Below are positions 1 through 11,158 of a stretch of 64,000 nt of DNA, piece after piece; position 1 is the first letter of the stretch; every line of letters begins with the position of its first letter. The notes under the pieces were generated by a model. The model made no database searches and was not told the origin of the DNA. It saw only the letters and a program-made list of their open reading frames with translations. The stretch lies in the NCBI GenBank assembly GCA_044371425.1, contig JBILTR010000001.1, positions 602,058 to 666,057 of the forward strand. Reading direction: 5' to 3'. This stretch comes from Pirellulaceae bacterium (GTDB lineage Bacteria > Planctomycetota > Planctomycetia > Pirellulales > Pirellulaceae). Both the position numbers and the translations under genes were made by a program.

Positions 1-2
1 TG

Positions 3-1070
3 ATCCCCAAAAACCTCGACGACAACCCTTGCCTTTACAGCCCCGGTATCAAATGGAACGTGCAGCGAGGGTCGTTTACGCACCTGACGGAGCTGTTTGG
101 TCCCGTGCTGGGGGTGATGCCCTTCCGAAAACTGGAGGAAGCGATCGAGCTGCTGCATCAGACCGGATATGGGCTTACCAGTGGCCTGGAGAGCCTGGAT
201 GATCGCGAGCAGGCGGTGTGGCGCAAGAAGATGCGCGCTGGGAATCTCTACATCAACCGTCCGACAACCGGCGCTGTGGTGCTCAGACAACCCTTCGGTG
301 GCCTGGGGCGAAGCGCCTTTGGACCAGGGATCAAAGCCGGCGGACCGAACTACGTCGTCCCACTAGTGCGTTGTCATCCACCCGAGAATGTGCAGCTGCC
401 TCCCAGCAATGGTCCGCAACTCCCATCGCTCAAGACGCTCTGGAATACCCTCCACCGTCCATCCAACGCGGAAGCGTTTGTGCAATTGAGCGGGCAGAAC
501 CGGCAGGAATGGAGTCGTCTGCTGCAGGCGATTCTCGACTATGACCGCGTCGCCAGGGAAGAGATTCGTCAGGAGCATGACACATTGCGGCTGCTGGGGC
601 AGGACAACTTCCGGCGGTACCTACCGATGCAGCGCGTCCGTCTGCGGGTAGGTCCCGAAGATCGGCTCTGGGAGGTGCTGGCTGCCGCCTCGGCAGCGGT
701 CGCCGCAGGTGCTCGCATCACCATCTCAAGACCCGTCGATCTGCACGACGAATGGGAAGCATGGATGGAACAGTGGACGCAGGATTGGGGTGCCGATATC
801 GAGTTCGTCGAAGAGACCGATCAAGTCTTTCTGGGGGCGCTGGTCGGTGGGCAGGCAGACCGCGTCCGCGTGCTCCAGCCAGGGTCGCTGGCACTGGCCA
901 TCCTGCAGACGGCGATCGAGCATCATGTGCCGGTGGTCGATGAGCCGCTGCATGCTGCGGGGCGAATCGAATTGCTTTGGTATGTGCAAGAGCAGAGCGT
1001 ATCGACCGACTACCATCGCTACGGCAACCTGGGTATGCGAGCGACGGAGGCACGGCGCGAACCGACCTGA
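3..1070 (+). CDS. putA: C-terminal part of the aldehyde-dehydrogenase (P5C dehydrogenase) domain of a PutA-like proline utilisation protein. The gene is 5'-truncated by the window edge.
   Basis: The frame is open from position 3 with no upstream stop. ALDH-family C-terminal motifs are present: ELFGPVL, GNLYINRPTTGAVV.RQPFGG and GPKAGGPNY. Confidence 0.6.
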   Translation: MPKNLDDNPCLYSPGIKWNVQRGSFTHLTELFGPVLGVMPFRKLEEAIELLHQTGYGLTSGLESLDDREQAVWRKKMRAGNLYINRPTTGAVVLRQPFGGLGRSAFGPGIKAGGPNYVVPLVRCHPPENVQLPPSNGPQLPSLKTLWNTLHRPSNAEAFVQLSGQNRQEWSRLLQAILDYDRVAREEIRQEHDTLRLLGQDNFRRYLPMQRVRLRVGPEDRLWEVLAAASAAVAAGARITISRPVDLHDEWEAWMEQWTQDWGADIEFVEETDQVFLGALVGGQADRVRVLQPGSLALAILQTAIEHHVPVVDEPLHAAGRIELLWYVQEQSVSTDYHRYGNLGMRATEARREPT

Positions 1071-1151
1071 GTGGACGCGGGCCACTCTTCCACAGACCTC
1101 GGTCGATGGCCGCGCCCGCTAGCTGACCGGTACGATGGCAAGGCCTTGCGT

Positions 1152-3371
1152 CTACTTGCCAGGCGCTTCCGAGACGGGCTGCTCCTGCTTCCCTGCCTCC
1201 AGGGGTGGCATCGGCACTGGGGTGGGTTCCAGGTGCCTCGCGAGGTATTCGGTGCGGAGCCGTCCGTAGGTTCCACCGATCCCGTGATCGAACTGCGGAT
1301 AGATCATCATGTCGAACCGCTTGTTGGCATCATGAAGCGCCTTGGAAAGCTGCCAGGTGTTGGAAGGGTGGACATTGTCATCCACCAATCCATGTACCAG
1401 TAGCAACTTGCCACGAAGTTGCGATGCGTATTCCATGCAGGAGCCCAGTTGGTACCCTTCGGGATTCTCCTGCGGCGTGCGCATGTAACGCTCGGTGTAG
1501 ATCGTGTCGTAGTTTTTGAAGTTGGTCACCGGAGCGCCGGCCACCGCGACGTGGAAGAGATCGGGATAGCGCAGCACCGCTAGGGCCGCCATGTAGCCGC
1601 CATAGGAGTGCCCGAAAATGCCGACGCGCTGGGCATCCACCCAAGGCTGCTCAGCCAGATGACGGACACCCGCCGCTTGGTCGTCCAGATCGACGCCACC
1701 CAGTCTCTGGTAGGTTGCTGATTCGAATGCCTTGCCACGTCCCGTCGTGCCTCGATTGCCGATCTTTGCCACCACGACGCCGAGTTCACAAAGAGGATTG
1801 GCGGCACTGTAGCGGCACTGGAGCCCCTGGGAGGCAGGGCCTCCATAGACGTCGATCACCAGCGGATATTTGCGGCTGGGGTCGAAATGCGTCGGCTTTT
1901 GAAGGATGCCGTGAATCGTGGTGGTGCCGTCGGTGGAAACAAAAGAAAACCACTCGGCCGGCACCACTCCTGCTTGGCGCGCTGCCTGAGCCGATCCTTC
2001 TGCCAGCACCCATTCCCCCTGGTCGATTCCATAGACCACAGTGCTGGGCGGGGTGTCGACCATCTCCCGCACGGCGACCACATGTCGATGGTCCGGGGAG
2101 ATCTGAAATCCGGTGTGATGCAGTGGCGATCTGGTAACTCGCTGGGATTGAGTGCCATCGAGCCGTGCGCGATGCAACTGCGCGGCGTACGGATTGCTGT
2201 CGCTAAAGGCGGTGTAGTAAAGCCATCCCGCCGCTTCATCCACCTGCACCAGTTCACCGCACGGGTAGGGGACATCTGGGGTCAGATCGGCCAACAAACG
2301 GCCATCCAGATGCCGGAGCTGAAATCGCTTCCATCCATTCGACTCGGTCTCCCAGACGAAACGTTGGCCATCTTCAAGGAAGCGGATTGTCGGTGCATTT
2401 TCCTGCCAAGTCGGCTGCTTCTCCGACACCACGACGCGCTGGCGCAGCGTCACCAGGTCGATGGCGATCCAGTCGAGCACATCTTGGCGGCGGTTGGTGC
2501 GATGGACCAGCAGCTCCTTCCCATCGGGTGAGAACTGAATGCGGTAGAGATACTGCCGTGGTTCGCCGGGGATATCGATCTTTCGCTGGGTGCCGCTGGC
2601 TAGATCGTACAGCCAGAGAAAGACCTCGGGATTGCTGTCGCCCGCCTTGGGATAGCGGGAAGCGAGGATCGTGGTGTAAGAATCCAGGTTCCCTCCGGTC
2701 AGGTAATAGTCCTGCATCCCCTCTTCCCGCACTTCGTAGTAAGCGAGAGTCTGGCTGTCCGGCGACCACCAGATCGCATCCTGCTGAAACAGCTCTTCTC
2801 CGTAGACCCAGCAGCATGTGCCATATCGCCGTCGCTCTGTCCCATCGGTGGTCACCGCTACCGGGAAGCGCCCTTCCACCTGTCCGATAGGTTCCAGCCA
2901 GAGGTTGTTTTCGCGATGGATCGCTTTCCATTGACCATCGGGAGAGACCTCCTCCGTGCGTTGCTGGGCGCGCCCCACGGGAGCTCGACCCCTAGCCCCC
3001 CTTCCGGCATTGGGGGCGGCGGCTGCCGGGGGCACCGCTTCGGCTTCCGAAATCTTTCCGGTCGCTACATCCCATCGCTTTCTTGTCCCCTCGGTTCGGA
3101 AGGTCAGTCCACTTCCATCGGCATCCCAACTGGCCGCCTCGATTCGCCCACCAGTCTGGAACTGACGCATTTGCTGCGCCATCCGATCCATGCGTGCCAT
3201 CCCTTCGGCATGGCGAGCCAGATCCGAATGACCAGGAGGATCTTCTCCGCGGAGCGGTGCGATCAGGCGGATGGCGTCGAGTTTCGATTCCTGCAGCAGC
3301 ATCCCAATCGCCAGCAATCCCAAGAGTGCCTGCCCCACCGTCCAAGAACCATTGCGTCCGACGAAAGCCAT
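1152..3371 (-). CDS. S9 family peptidase (dipeptidyl-peptidase/acylaminoacyl-peptidase type). It has an N-terminal signal anchor and beta-propeller, and a C-terminal alpha/beta-hydrolase domain.
   Basis: GHSYGGYMAA nucleophile-elbow motif; FSPDGK/SPDGQW propeller repeats; 739-aa ORF with a hydrophobic N-terminus. Confidence 0.8.
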   Translation of the reverse strand: MAFVGRNGSWTVGQALLGLLAIGMLLQESKLDAIRLIAPLRGEDPPGHSDLARHAEGMARMDRMAQQMRQFQTGGRIEAASWDADGSGLTFRTEGTRKRWDVATGKISEAEAVPPAAAAPNAGRGARGRAPVGRAQQRTEEVSPDGQWKAIHRENNLWLEPIGQVEGRFPVAVTTDGTERRRYGTCCWVYGEELFQQDAIWWSPDSQTLAYYEVREEGMQDYYLTGGNLDSYTTILASRYPKAGDSNPEVFLWLYDLASGTQRKIDIPGEPRQYLYRIQFSPDGKELLVHRTNRRQDVLDWIAIDLVTLRQRVVVSEKQPTWQENAPTIRFLEDGQRFVWETESNGWKRFQLRHLDGRLLADLTPDVPYPCGELVQVDEAAGWLYYTAFSDSNPYAAQLHRARLDGTQSQRVTRSPLHHTGFQISPDHRHVVAVREMVDTPPSTVVYGIDQGEWVLAEGSAQAARQAGVVPAEWFSFVSTDGTTTIHGILQKPTHFDPSRKYPLVIDVYGGPASQGLQCRYSAANPLCELGVVVAKIGNRGTTGRGKAFESATYQRLGGVDLDDQAAGVRHLAEQPWVDAQRVGIFGHSYGGYMAALAVLRYPDLFHVAVAGAPVTNFKNYDTIYTERYMRTPQENPEGYQLGSCMEYASQLRGKLLLVHGLVDDNVHPSNTWQLSKALHDANKRFDMMIYPQFDHGIGGTYGRLRTEYLARHLEPTPVPMPPLEAGKQEQPVSEAPGK

Positions 3372-3889
3372 GATGACTCCTGTTTCCTTGCCGATACTCT
3401 GGGAATCGGTCCGGTTGCGGATCGAACAAAAAAGAATGCTCCCCGCAGGAGAAGCAACACTCGTTTTCTAACCTTTGGAACGCCGACTCGCCAGTGGCAA
3501 GCCACGATCGGATGGACTCGGCTTCTTCCCGTTTTGGAAGGTCGATGACCCTCCTCTGGCAGGAATCAGCAAGTCGGCACGCAGCGTCCGTCCCCAGCTC
3601 TTCCACTAGGCGTTCGCCGCAGCGCCGGGAGGGTCGATGCCAGCCGCAATCACCATGGGAACTGCAGACCCGAATTTTGACGCCGCAGCCTAAGGAGAGT
3701 CGATGCCAGCCACAATCACCTTCATCGGCCGAAGAGTCGTCCTATCGATGCCGCAAACGGGCACAGCCCGAACCCGAAAGATCACGAAGAGTCGCGAGAT
3801 GAGCCGACCGGAATCGAATGCTACCTGTCGACCGATCGACTGCATTGAATGGGGGTTGGGCGCGTCGACCGGGAGGGGAGGTTGAGCCA

Positions 3890-5819
3890 TCATGGAGATG
3901 CGGAGGGAGGGGCGACCTTCTTTTTTCGAAGCACTTCAATCGCCTCCAACATCCTGTCGTTGTCCGAGTTGAGTTCGGCAAGTGCGGCCAGAAATTCGGT
4001 TTGTTTCGATTCGGGGAGCTGCTCAAGGGAGTGCTCCATCCAGCGCTGGAGTTCCTCGAAGGGCTGGTCGTTCTTTTGGTCGATCGGTGTTTGCTGAGCC
4101 TGGGTCCAATGACGCACCGCGGCGACCAAACTGGCTTCTTGGGAAGGGAGATTCGCTTCCTGGGGTCCGAAGACCGTCAAGAAGGCTCGCATTTTCGAGT
4201 CGGCTTGCCATGGAGAGCGGCGCAGCGTTTCCTGGCAATTGAGGAACATCTGTTCGATCGGGCTGGGGGCTTGCTGTGGATCTCGAAGTCGACTGCGTAC
4301 ATCGCGCTCCGCTTGGCGAAGTTCCAGCGCCGAGAGCATCTTGCGGACCGCCGGTTGTCGAGGGTCCATCGGCTGTTCCAGCAGCCAACGATTCAGCCAT
4401 GACTGATGCTCGCGGATGATCGAAAAGTCTTCCTGCTGGAAGGCAGCGATCGTTTTCTCCAAAATGACATCGTCGCTAGGAACGCGTGTCCATTGTCTCC
4501 ATCCCCAAAAGCCGACCGCCAGTGCCAGGAGGAAAAAGACGATCGATGTCCAGTGCCAACCTTCCGCTTCCCACTCGTATTCCTTCTTCTTCTTTCGTTC
4601 ACGCCGTTTCATCTCCTCCAGCGTCGTGAATTCCGACTTTCGCGACATCGCCAACTCCGCTTCGGTCGGCTCGGGCATCAGTTTGCTCGGGGATGCGGCC
4701 AGCGTGGCAGCGGTGCCTTCCAGGGATGGCTTGGCGGCTTCGGAGGGAGGGTCGCGGTTCGGATCTGCGATGCGTGTCGAGAAGCCGGTTTGATCGCGCT
4801 TCAAATCGATCTGCTTTTCCCGAAGGACGCTGGCTGAATCGATCGACGAGGGCTCCATCTTTGCTTGGGAATCGGGTTCCTCCGAGGTTGGTGGGGGTGC
4901 GGATGGCTTGCTGCCGGAGCCTTCTCCTGCCGGATCAGACGCTCGATCCAGTCCGTGTCGAATGGCACGCACGCGATTGCCGATGACCAGGGCGGTGGGG
5001 GGACGCTTGGCGGGATCTTTCTGCAGAAGCTCGTGGATCAGGCCTTCCAGTGCCTCAGGGGTCTTGGGCGCCAGCGTCCGGACCGGCGGAAATTGCTCGT
5101 AGCGCACCGAATAAAGCACTTCGGGGACCGATCGCCCGACAAACGGTGGTCTGCCCGTCAGAGCGAAGTAGGCGATGCTGCCGACCGAGTAGAGGTCGCT
5201 TTTGCTGGTTACCGCTTTGCCCTCGGCCTGTTCGGGAGGCATGTAATCGGCGGTGCCGACGATACTGCCTGCTGCGGTCATTTCCTCGCCACCAAAAAAC
5301 TTGGCGATCCCAAAGTCGGCCAGTTTCACATTGCCCTCGTGGTCCAGCATGATGTTGGCCGGTTTCAGATCGCGGTGGATCACCCCTTGATCGTGCGCCG
5401 TTTTGAGCGCCGCACACATCTCGCCGATCAGTCGGCAGACGTCGCGCCACTGCATCGGTCCATCCCGTTTGATCCGATGGTGAAGGCTTTCCCCTTGCAC
5501 AAACTCCATCGAATAAAAAAGCTTTCCTTTTTCTTCGCCATATCCGATCAACTGAATGATGTGCGGATGCTGGAGTTTCTTGAGCGTTTCCACCTCGGCG
5601 GCAAACCGCCTGCGAAAGCGTTCTTGATCGGCAAGGGAGTTGGCGATCACCTTGATCGCCACGGGCTGGCCGGTTTTGGCGTGGGTTCCTTCGTAGACGA
5701 TCCCCATGCCCCCCTGCCCCAGCACCCGCTCGACCTTGTAAGGGCCGAGGAAATCCGATGGCGCCTCGGGACTCGCGCCGGGGTCAATCGGATCGGAAGA
5801 TGTCATAGGAGTTTCCTTC

Positions 5820-5821
<2 letters not shown>
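3890..5821 (-). CDS. Serine/threonine protein kinase with one transmembrane segment and a C-terminal extracytoplasmic domain.
   Basis: Hanks kinase motifs GQGGMGIVY, AIKVI, HRDLKPANIML, DFGIAK and APE-like PPEQ; TM helix WHWTSIVFFLLALAVGFWGW. Confidence 0.85.
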
Positions 5822-6743
<922 letters not shown>

Positions 6744-6852
6744 GCTGCCTGGGAGGAGCCGCCTGGCACCCCCCGCCAGCGACTTGATCTTCCTGGGGAG
6801 GACCGATCCAGGTCGATTGGTTTACACTGGAGGCGGATGAGATCGAGCGAGG

Positions 6853-8904
6853 TTGGCAAGGAAGAGGATCACAAGAACGATGGAACGGGCCTTTCGGTTG
6901 GAATCGTGGCTGGGTATTGATCAGGATCCCTCGTGGCTAGGTGCCGGTCAGCGGCCGGTGGTCTCACAGGGAGAAGGGCCTAGTGGCTCTCTTCCTCTTT
7001 CCGACCAGATGTTGCGGGAGTGGTCCAGTGGCGATCTATTCGGCTGGACGCAGAATGCCGGGATGGGGTGGCCTCCCAGCAAAATGCTAGGTCCGCAGTT
7101 TCTGCTGCTGAGCACCCAAGGGGGAATCCGCGCCGAAGATGGCAGTCCCGTGGCTCTCGGCTATCACACGGGGCACTGGGAAGTTGGCCTGCTGATGCGC
7201 GAGGCAGCGCGATGGATCGAGCAATCGGGTGGAGTGCCTTTTGCAGGGTTCGTCAGCGATCCTTGCGACGGGCGCACCCAGGGGACGGTCGGCATGTTCG
7301 ATTCGCTTCCCTATCGCAACGATGCTGCGATCGTCCTGCGTCGCTTGATCCGTTCCCTGCCGACACGCCGTGGCGTGATGGGGGTGGCCACTTGCGACAA
7401 GGGACTCCCCGCGATGATGATCGCTTTGGCCGGATCCAGCCAGCTTCCTTCGGTTTTAGTGCCGGGTGGCGTCACCTTGCCGGCCAAGGGAGCGGAGGAT
7501 CTTGGCAAGGTCCAGACGATCGGAGCCCGTTACTCGCATGGAGAGATCTCCCTGGAAGCGGCTGCGGAAGCGGGTTGCCGCGCCTGCGGTTCCCCTGGTG
7601 GTGGCTGCCAATTCCTTGGAACCGCGGCCACCAGCCAGGTCGTCGCCGAAGCGCTGGGGATGACCGTCCCTCATGCAGCCCTCGCCCCCAGCGGACAGCC
7701 GCTCTGGCTGGAAACCGCTCGACGCAGCGCCCAGGCACTCTGGGACATGCATCAACGCAAACAGACGCTCGCCGATTTCCTCACCGAAGATTCGTTCCAC
7801 AACGCCCTGGCGGTTCACGCCGCTTGCGGCGGATCGACAAACCTACTGCTCCATATTCCCGCCGTCGCTCATGCAGCCGGTTTGCGCCGGCCTGATGTCC
7901 AGCAGTGGCGTGCCATCAACCTCCAGGTTGCACGGTTCGTCGACTGCCTTCCCAACGGACCTGCCTACCATCCGACCGTCCGGTTTTTTCTCGCCGGCGG
8001 GGTACCGGAGTTGATGTGGCACTTACGGGAATTGGGGGTGGCTCGCTGCGATGCACGCACGATCACTGGCGAAACCTGGCATACCATCCTCGATGCATGG
8101 CATCGATCTCCACGCCGCGCCCAGTTGCGGCAGTGGCTCCTCGAGAATGACGGGGTCGACCCCGATCAGGTGATCTATCCCCCTGCAGCGGCACGCACCG
8201 CGGGGATGACCAGCACGGTTTGCTTCCCGGTCGGCAATCTCTGCCCCGAGGGCTCGGTAATCAAATCGACCGCCATCGATCCCAGCGTGATCGATCCAGA
8301 TGGGGTCTACCGCAAGCAAGGACCGGCGCGCGTCTTCACCACCGAGAAAGAAGCTGTTGCGGCGATCAAAGGGCAGCACCCGCGCCCGATCCGTCCAGGA
8401 GACATTTTGATTCTGATCGGACGTGGTCCGCTGGGATCGGGCATGGAGGAAACCTACCAGGTGACCAGCGCCCTGAAGCACCTTTCTTGGGGCAAGGAGG
8501 TGGCGGTGGTCACCGACGCGCGATTTTCGGGGGTCAGTACGGGTGCCTGCATCGGTCACGTAGGCCCCGAGGCGTTGGCTGGGGGACCCATCGGCCGCGT
8601 CCGCGATGACGATTGGATTGCAATTCAGATCGATCGCATTCGATTGACCGGAAGCGTCGACATGGTCGGCTGTGTCGATCGGCGGCTTGATCCCCACCAA
8701 GCTAACCAGTTGCTAGCCTCCCGAACCGCTCACCCTGCCCTGCAGCCCGACCCGCGGCTTCCTGACGACACGCGCTTATGGGCCGCACTGCAACAGGTTG
8801 GCGGTGGCACCTGGGGCGGATGCGTCTACGATGTCGCTGCGATCGTCGAAACGCTGGAAGCAGGCCGAAAAGCGTTGGCCGAGCGAAAGGCCGATCAGCG
8901 GTAG
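6853..8904 (+). CDS. IlvD/EDD-family dehydratase (dihydroxy-acid / sugar-acid dehydratase). The start codon is uncertain.
   Basis: CDGRTQGT and [17 protein letters not shown] Fe-S cluster motifs; length and order match YjhG/IlvD-type enzymes. Confidence 0.8.
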   Translation: MARKRITRTMERAFRLESWLGIDQDPSWLGAGQRPVVSQGEGPSGSLPLSDQMLREWSSGDLFGWTQNAGMGWPPSKMLGPQFLLLSTQGGIRAEDGSPVALGYHTGHWEVGLLMREAARWIEQSGGVPFAGFVSDPCDGRTQGTVGMFDSLPYRNDAAIVLRRLIRSLPTRRGVMGVATCDKGLPAMMIALAGSSQLPSVLVPGGVTLPAKGAEDLGKVQTIGARYSHGEISLEAAAEAGCRACGSPGGGCQFLGTAATSQVVAEALGMTVPHAALAPSGQPLWLETARRSAQALWDMHQRKQTLADFLTEDSFHNALAVHAACGGSTNLLLHIPAVAHAAGLRRPDVQQWRAINLQVARFVDCLPNGPAYHPTVRFFLAGGVPELMWHLRELGVARCDARTITGETWHTILDAWHRSPRRAQLRQWLLENDGVDPDQVIYPPAAARTAGMTSTVCFPVGNLCPEGSVIKSTAIDPSVIDPDGVYRKQGPARVFTTEKEAVAAIKGQHPRPIRPGDILILIGRGPLGSGMEETYQVTSALKHLSWGKEVAVVTDARFSGVSTGACIGHVGPEALAGGPIGRVRDDDWIAIQIDRIRLTGSVDMVGCVDRRLDPHQANQLLASRTAHPALQPDPRLPDDTRLWAALQQVGGGTWGGCVYDVAAIVETLEAGRKALAERKADQR

Positions 8905-10793
8905 ATCCGATTGCGACCAGGGCCACCATCGAGCAGACTGTCGAGGCGGTCGCCATAAAGCCAATCGTCTCCCAAGCCTCCCAGCAACTGATCGACCCCC
9001 GCTTCACCCCAAAGGCGATCGTTCCCATCGCCTCCTTCCAGGCGGTCGTTGCCACTGCCTCCATAGAGCCAGTCGTGACCCGCCTGACCAAGGAGTTGGT
9101 CTGCCCCCGCCTCACCAAACAGCCAATCGTCCCCGTCGCCTCCATCGAGAAAATCATCGCCACTGCCACCGTAGATCCGGTCGTTGCCCGCACCGCCGAA
9201 GAGTCGATCGTTCCCTTGGTAGGAATAGAGGAAATCGTTTCCTCCCTCGCCGTGCAGTTCGGTGCTGCCGCCTCCCGCATACAGCTGATCATTCCCATCG
9301 CCCCCGCGGATACTGGAAGGCAGCACGATCGTTCTGGCGATCAACACCCAGTCGTGCCCATCCGCAGCATCGATCGAAACTCCCGTCAGGGCGTTCAGTT
9401 CGAATCTCCCTTGCCGGACGCCATTGACGGTCACCTGCACTTGGCCTGCGATCCGTTCGACCAGAATGCGGTCGGGACCCGCAGTGCCTCGCACCGTCAG
9501 AATGCCACCGATCACCGAAACCGTCGCGGGGGTTGGAGCCGGAATGTCCATGCGCTGACTGGTCGCCAAGCCAACGGATCGACCCATCGAGAGCCCTAGC
9601 TCGTTATCGAACCTCCAGTGGATCCCACCATAAAGCCGACTGTCGGCCGATTCCTGAGCCGCTTGGTCGACCGAACTGTAGGAGCGGGCTTCTGCGGCGG
9701 GGTTTTCGCTGGCAGCGGTGAAGGGAAGTTGACTGGTGCCAAAAAAACGAGTCAGCACTGTCGCCATCGCGCCACTGAAAGTGGCATGGCCCGAGGTGTA
9801 GCTTGGGAAGTTGGGCGTGGTCAGCAATGGGGTCCACGTCGGATCGGCCTGGGTGGCTGCATTGCCATCGTCGGCCGCTTTGCGGATCCCGGTGATGGGA
9901 CGCCAGAAATCGGATCGGTACTTGATGTCCCAGCAGACGATCGCCGAGTCAGCCAGCGCGAGGTTGAGGATCGCCATCAGACGCGCATTGTCCGAAAGTG
10001 TCGTCCCGCGGCTTTCGGCAATCGTCCTGGCCATCAGATTCAGATGCCCTGGTGGCGTCGCCGTCCCGGCTCCATTGGCCCAGAAATTAGCGATCTGAGT
10101 CTGATCGGGGGTCCGCGTCGAACTGGTTGCACTGCCGATCTGCTTGACCTCATCGAAGGCGGCAGTGTACTGCGCGCTGTCGAGGGCAGGCGGTGGACCG
10201 GGCCGAAAGGCGCTGCCACTAGAAATCGCAAAGGGACGCACTCCAGGCCATTGTGGCAGCAGCGCAGGCGCCAGCGCCGGAGGCGTCGGCTCCCAGTCTC
10301 CAGGCTGTCCACCAGGAGTGTAGGTCACCGAGTTCTGCGACCCATCATTGGCGCGAGCCGCAAGCATTGCGTCTGCTGCCCGACCACCCGCAGCGATGCC
10401 CGCCTGCTTGTCGAGTCCCTCCGGGACCTTGGCCAGCCACTCCTGTCGATTGGCCTGGAACTTGGCGACTTGAGCTGGGAACAGATTCGATAGCACCCGA
10501 GTGGCCGCCTCTGCGATCGCTGCTTCCCTGGATGCCGTGGGAGGAGCCGCCGGTACCGAAAGGTAGGTCCCATTTCGCTGGTCGATCGACTCGACCGCGT
10601 CATAAACCGCACCATGCAGCATCGCCAGTGCCCGGGATGCCACCGGAGGAGAAGTCCTGTCGGTGCGAATGGCCGCCAAGGCTTCATCGTTCCAATCGAA
10701 GATCGGATCGGCATGCATCAAGTGACGCTGCTCCAATCCCTCCAGTCTCAAAACACGCACGGGACGGGATGCCACTCTTTTTTTGATGCTCAT
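8895..10793 (-). CDS. PAP2 / vanadium-dependent-haloperoxidase-like domain protein with C-terminal hemolysin-type (RTX) calcium-binding repeats.
   Basis: All three PAP2 signature motifs are present: [16 protein letters not shown] and [12 protein letters not shown]. At least 14 GGxGxDxL nonapeptide repeats occur at the C-terminus. The start is set at MSIKKRV (ATG 10791-10793) because a GAGGAGG RBS lies 7 nt upstream. There is no N-terminal signal peptide. Confidence 0.75.
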   Translation of the reverse strand: MSIKKRVASRPVRVLRLEGLEQRHLMHADPIFDWNDEALAAIRTDRTSPPVASRALAMLHGAVYDAVESIDQRNGTYLSVPAAPPTASREAAIAEAATRVLSNLFPAQVAKFQANRQEWLAKVPEGLDKQAGIAAGGRAADAMLAARANDGSQNSVTYTPGGQPGDWEPTPPALAPALLPQWPGVRPFAISSGSAFRPGPPPALDSAQYTAAFDEVKQIGSATSSTRTPDQTQIANFWANGAGTATPPGHLNLMARTIAESRGTTLSDNARLMAILNLALADSAIVCWDIKYRSDFWRPITGIRKAADDGNAATQADPTWTPLLTTPNFPSYTSGHATFSGAMATVLTRFFGTSQLPFTAASENPAAEARSYSSVDQAAQESADSRLYGGIHWRFDNELGLSMGRSVGLATSQRMDIPAPTPATVSVIGGILTVRGTAGPDRILVERIAGQVQVTVNGVRQGRFELNALTGVSIDAADGHDWVLIARTIVLPSSIRGGDGNDQLYAGGGSTELHGEGGNDFLYSYQGNDRLFGGAGNDRIYGGSGDDFLDGGDGDDWLFGEAGADQLLGQAGHDWLYGGSGNDRLEGGDGNDRLWGEAGVDQLLGGLGDDWLYGDRLDSLLDGGPGRNRIYR

Positions 10794-10841
10794 TTGCCCC
10801 TCCTCACTTTTCCAACGGGTCGTCGCTCTATCCAACTGAAC

Positions 10842-10871
10842 GCCAGCCTAATCGAATCGAGAGGCTGGCGA
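10842..10871. promoter_or_regulatory. Perfect 9-bp-stem hairpin (cgccagcct / aggctggcg, 12-nt loop) in the leader region of the PAP2-RTX gene.
   Basis: Read directly: cgccagcct-aatcgaatcgag-aggctggcg. Confidence 0.4.
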
Positions 10872-11158
10872 GAATAAATGCAGGAAAGAAAAATGGAATC
10901 CGCTGCCTGCCCGCACCAGGAATCCGCCAGCCACTGACACACCGAAATCCGGGATGGGAGGGATACCTCAAATTCGAGCGGTTTTAGAGTGAAAACAAAG
11001 GGGGATTGCGAGCGAGATTCCCCTATCGCCCTGGTACCATTACGATGGTGCGAATCGCCATGGTCATCCCAAGTGGGACGGTGTGATGCTTATCGGCTTG
11101 ACCCAGCTTGGCGATGAGCCCACCAACCCCGGTCATCGAAGAATGAAGGAGACGTTTT

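Noticed and set aside
7020-7895. 291-aa +2-frame ORF inside the dehydratase gene
   Set aside because: Alternative frame of the same strand. The product is Arg/Pro-rich junk, while frame +1 has the IlvD/EDD motifs.
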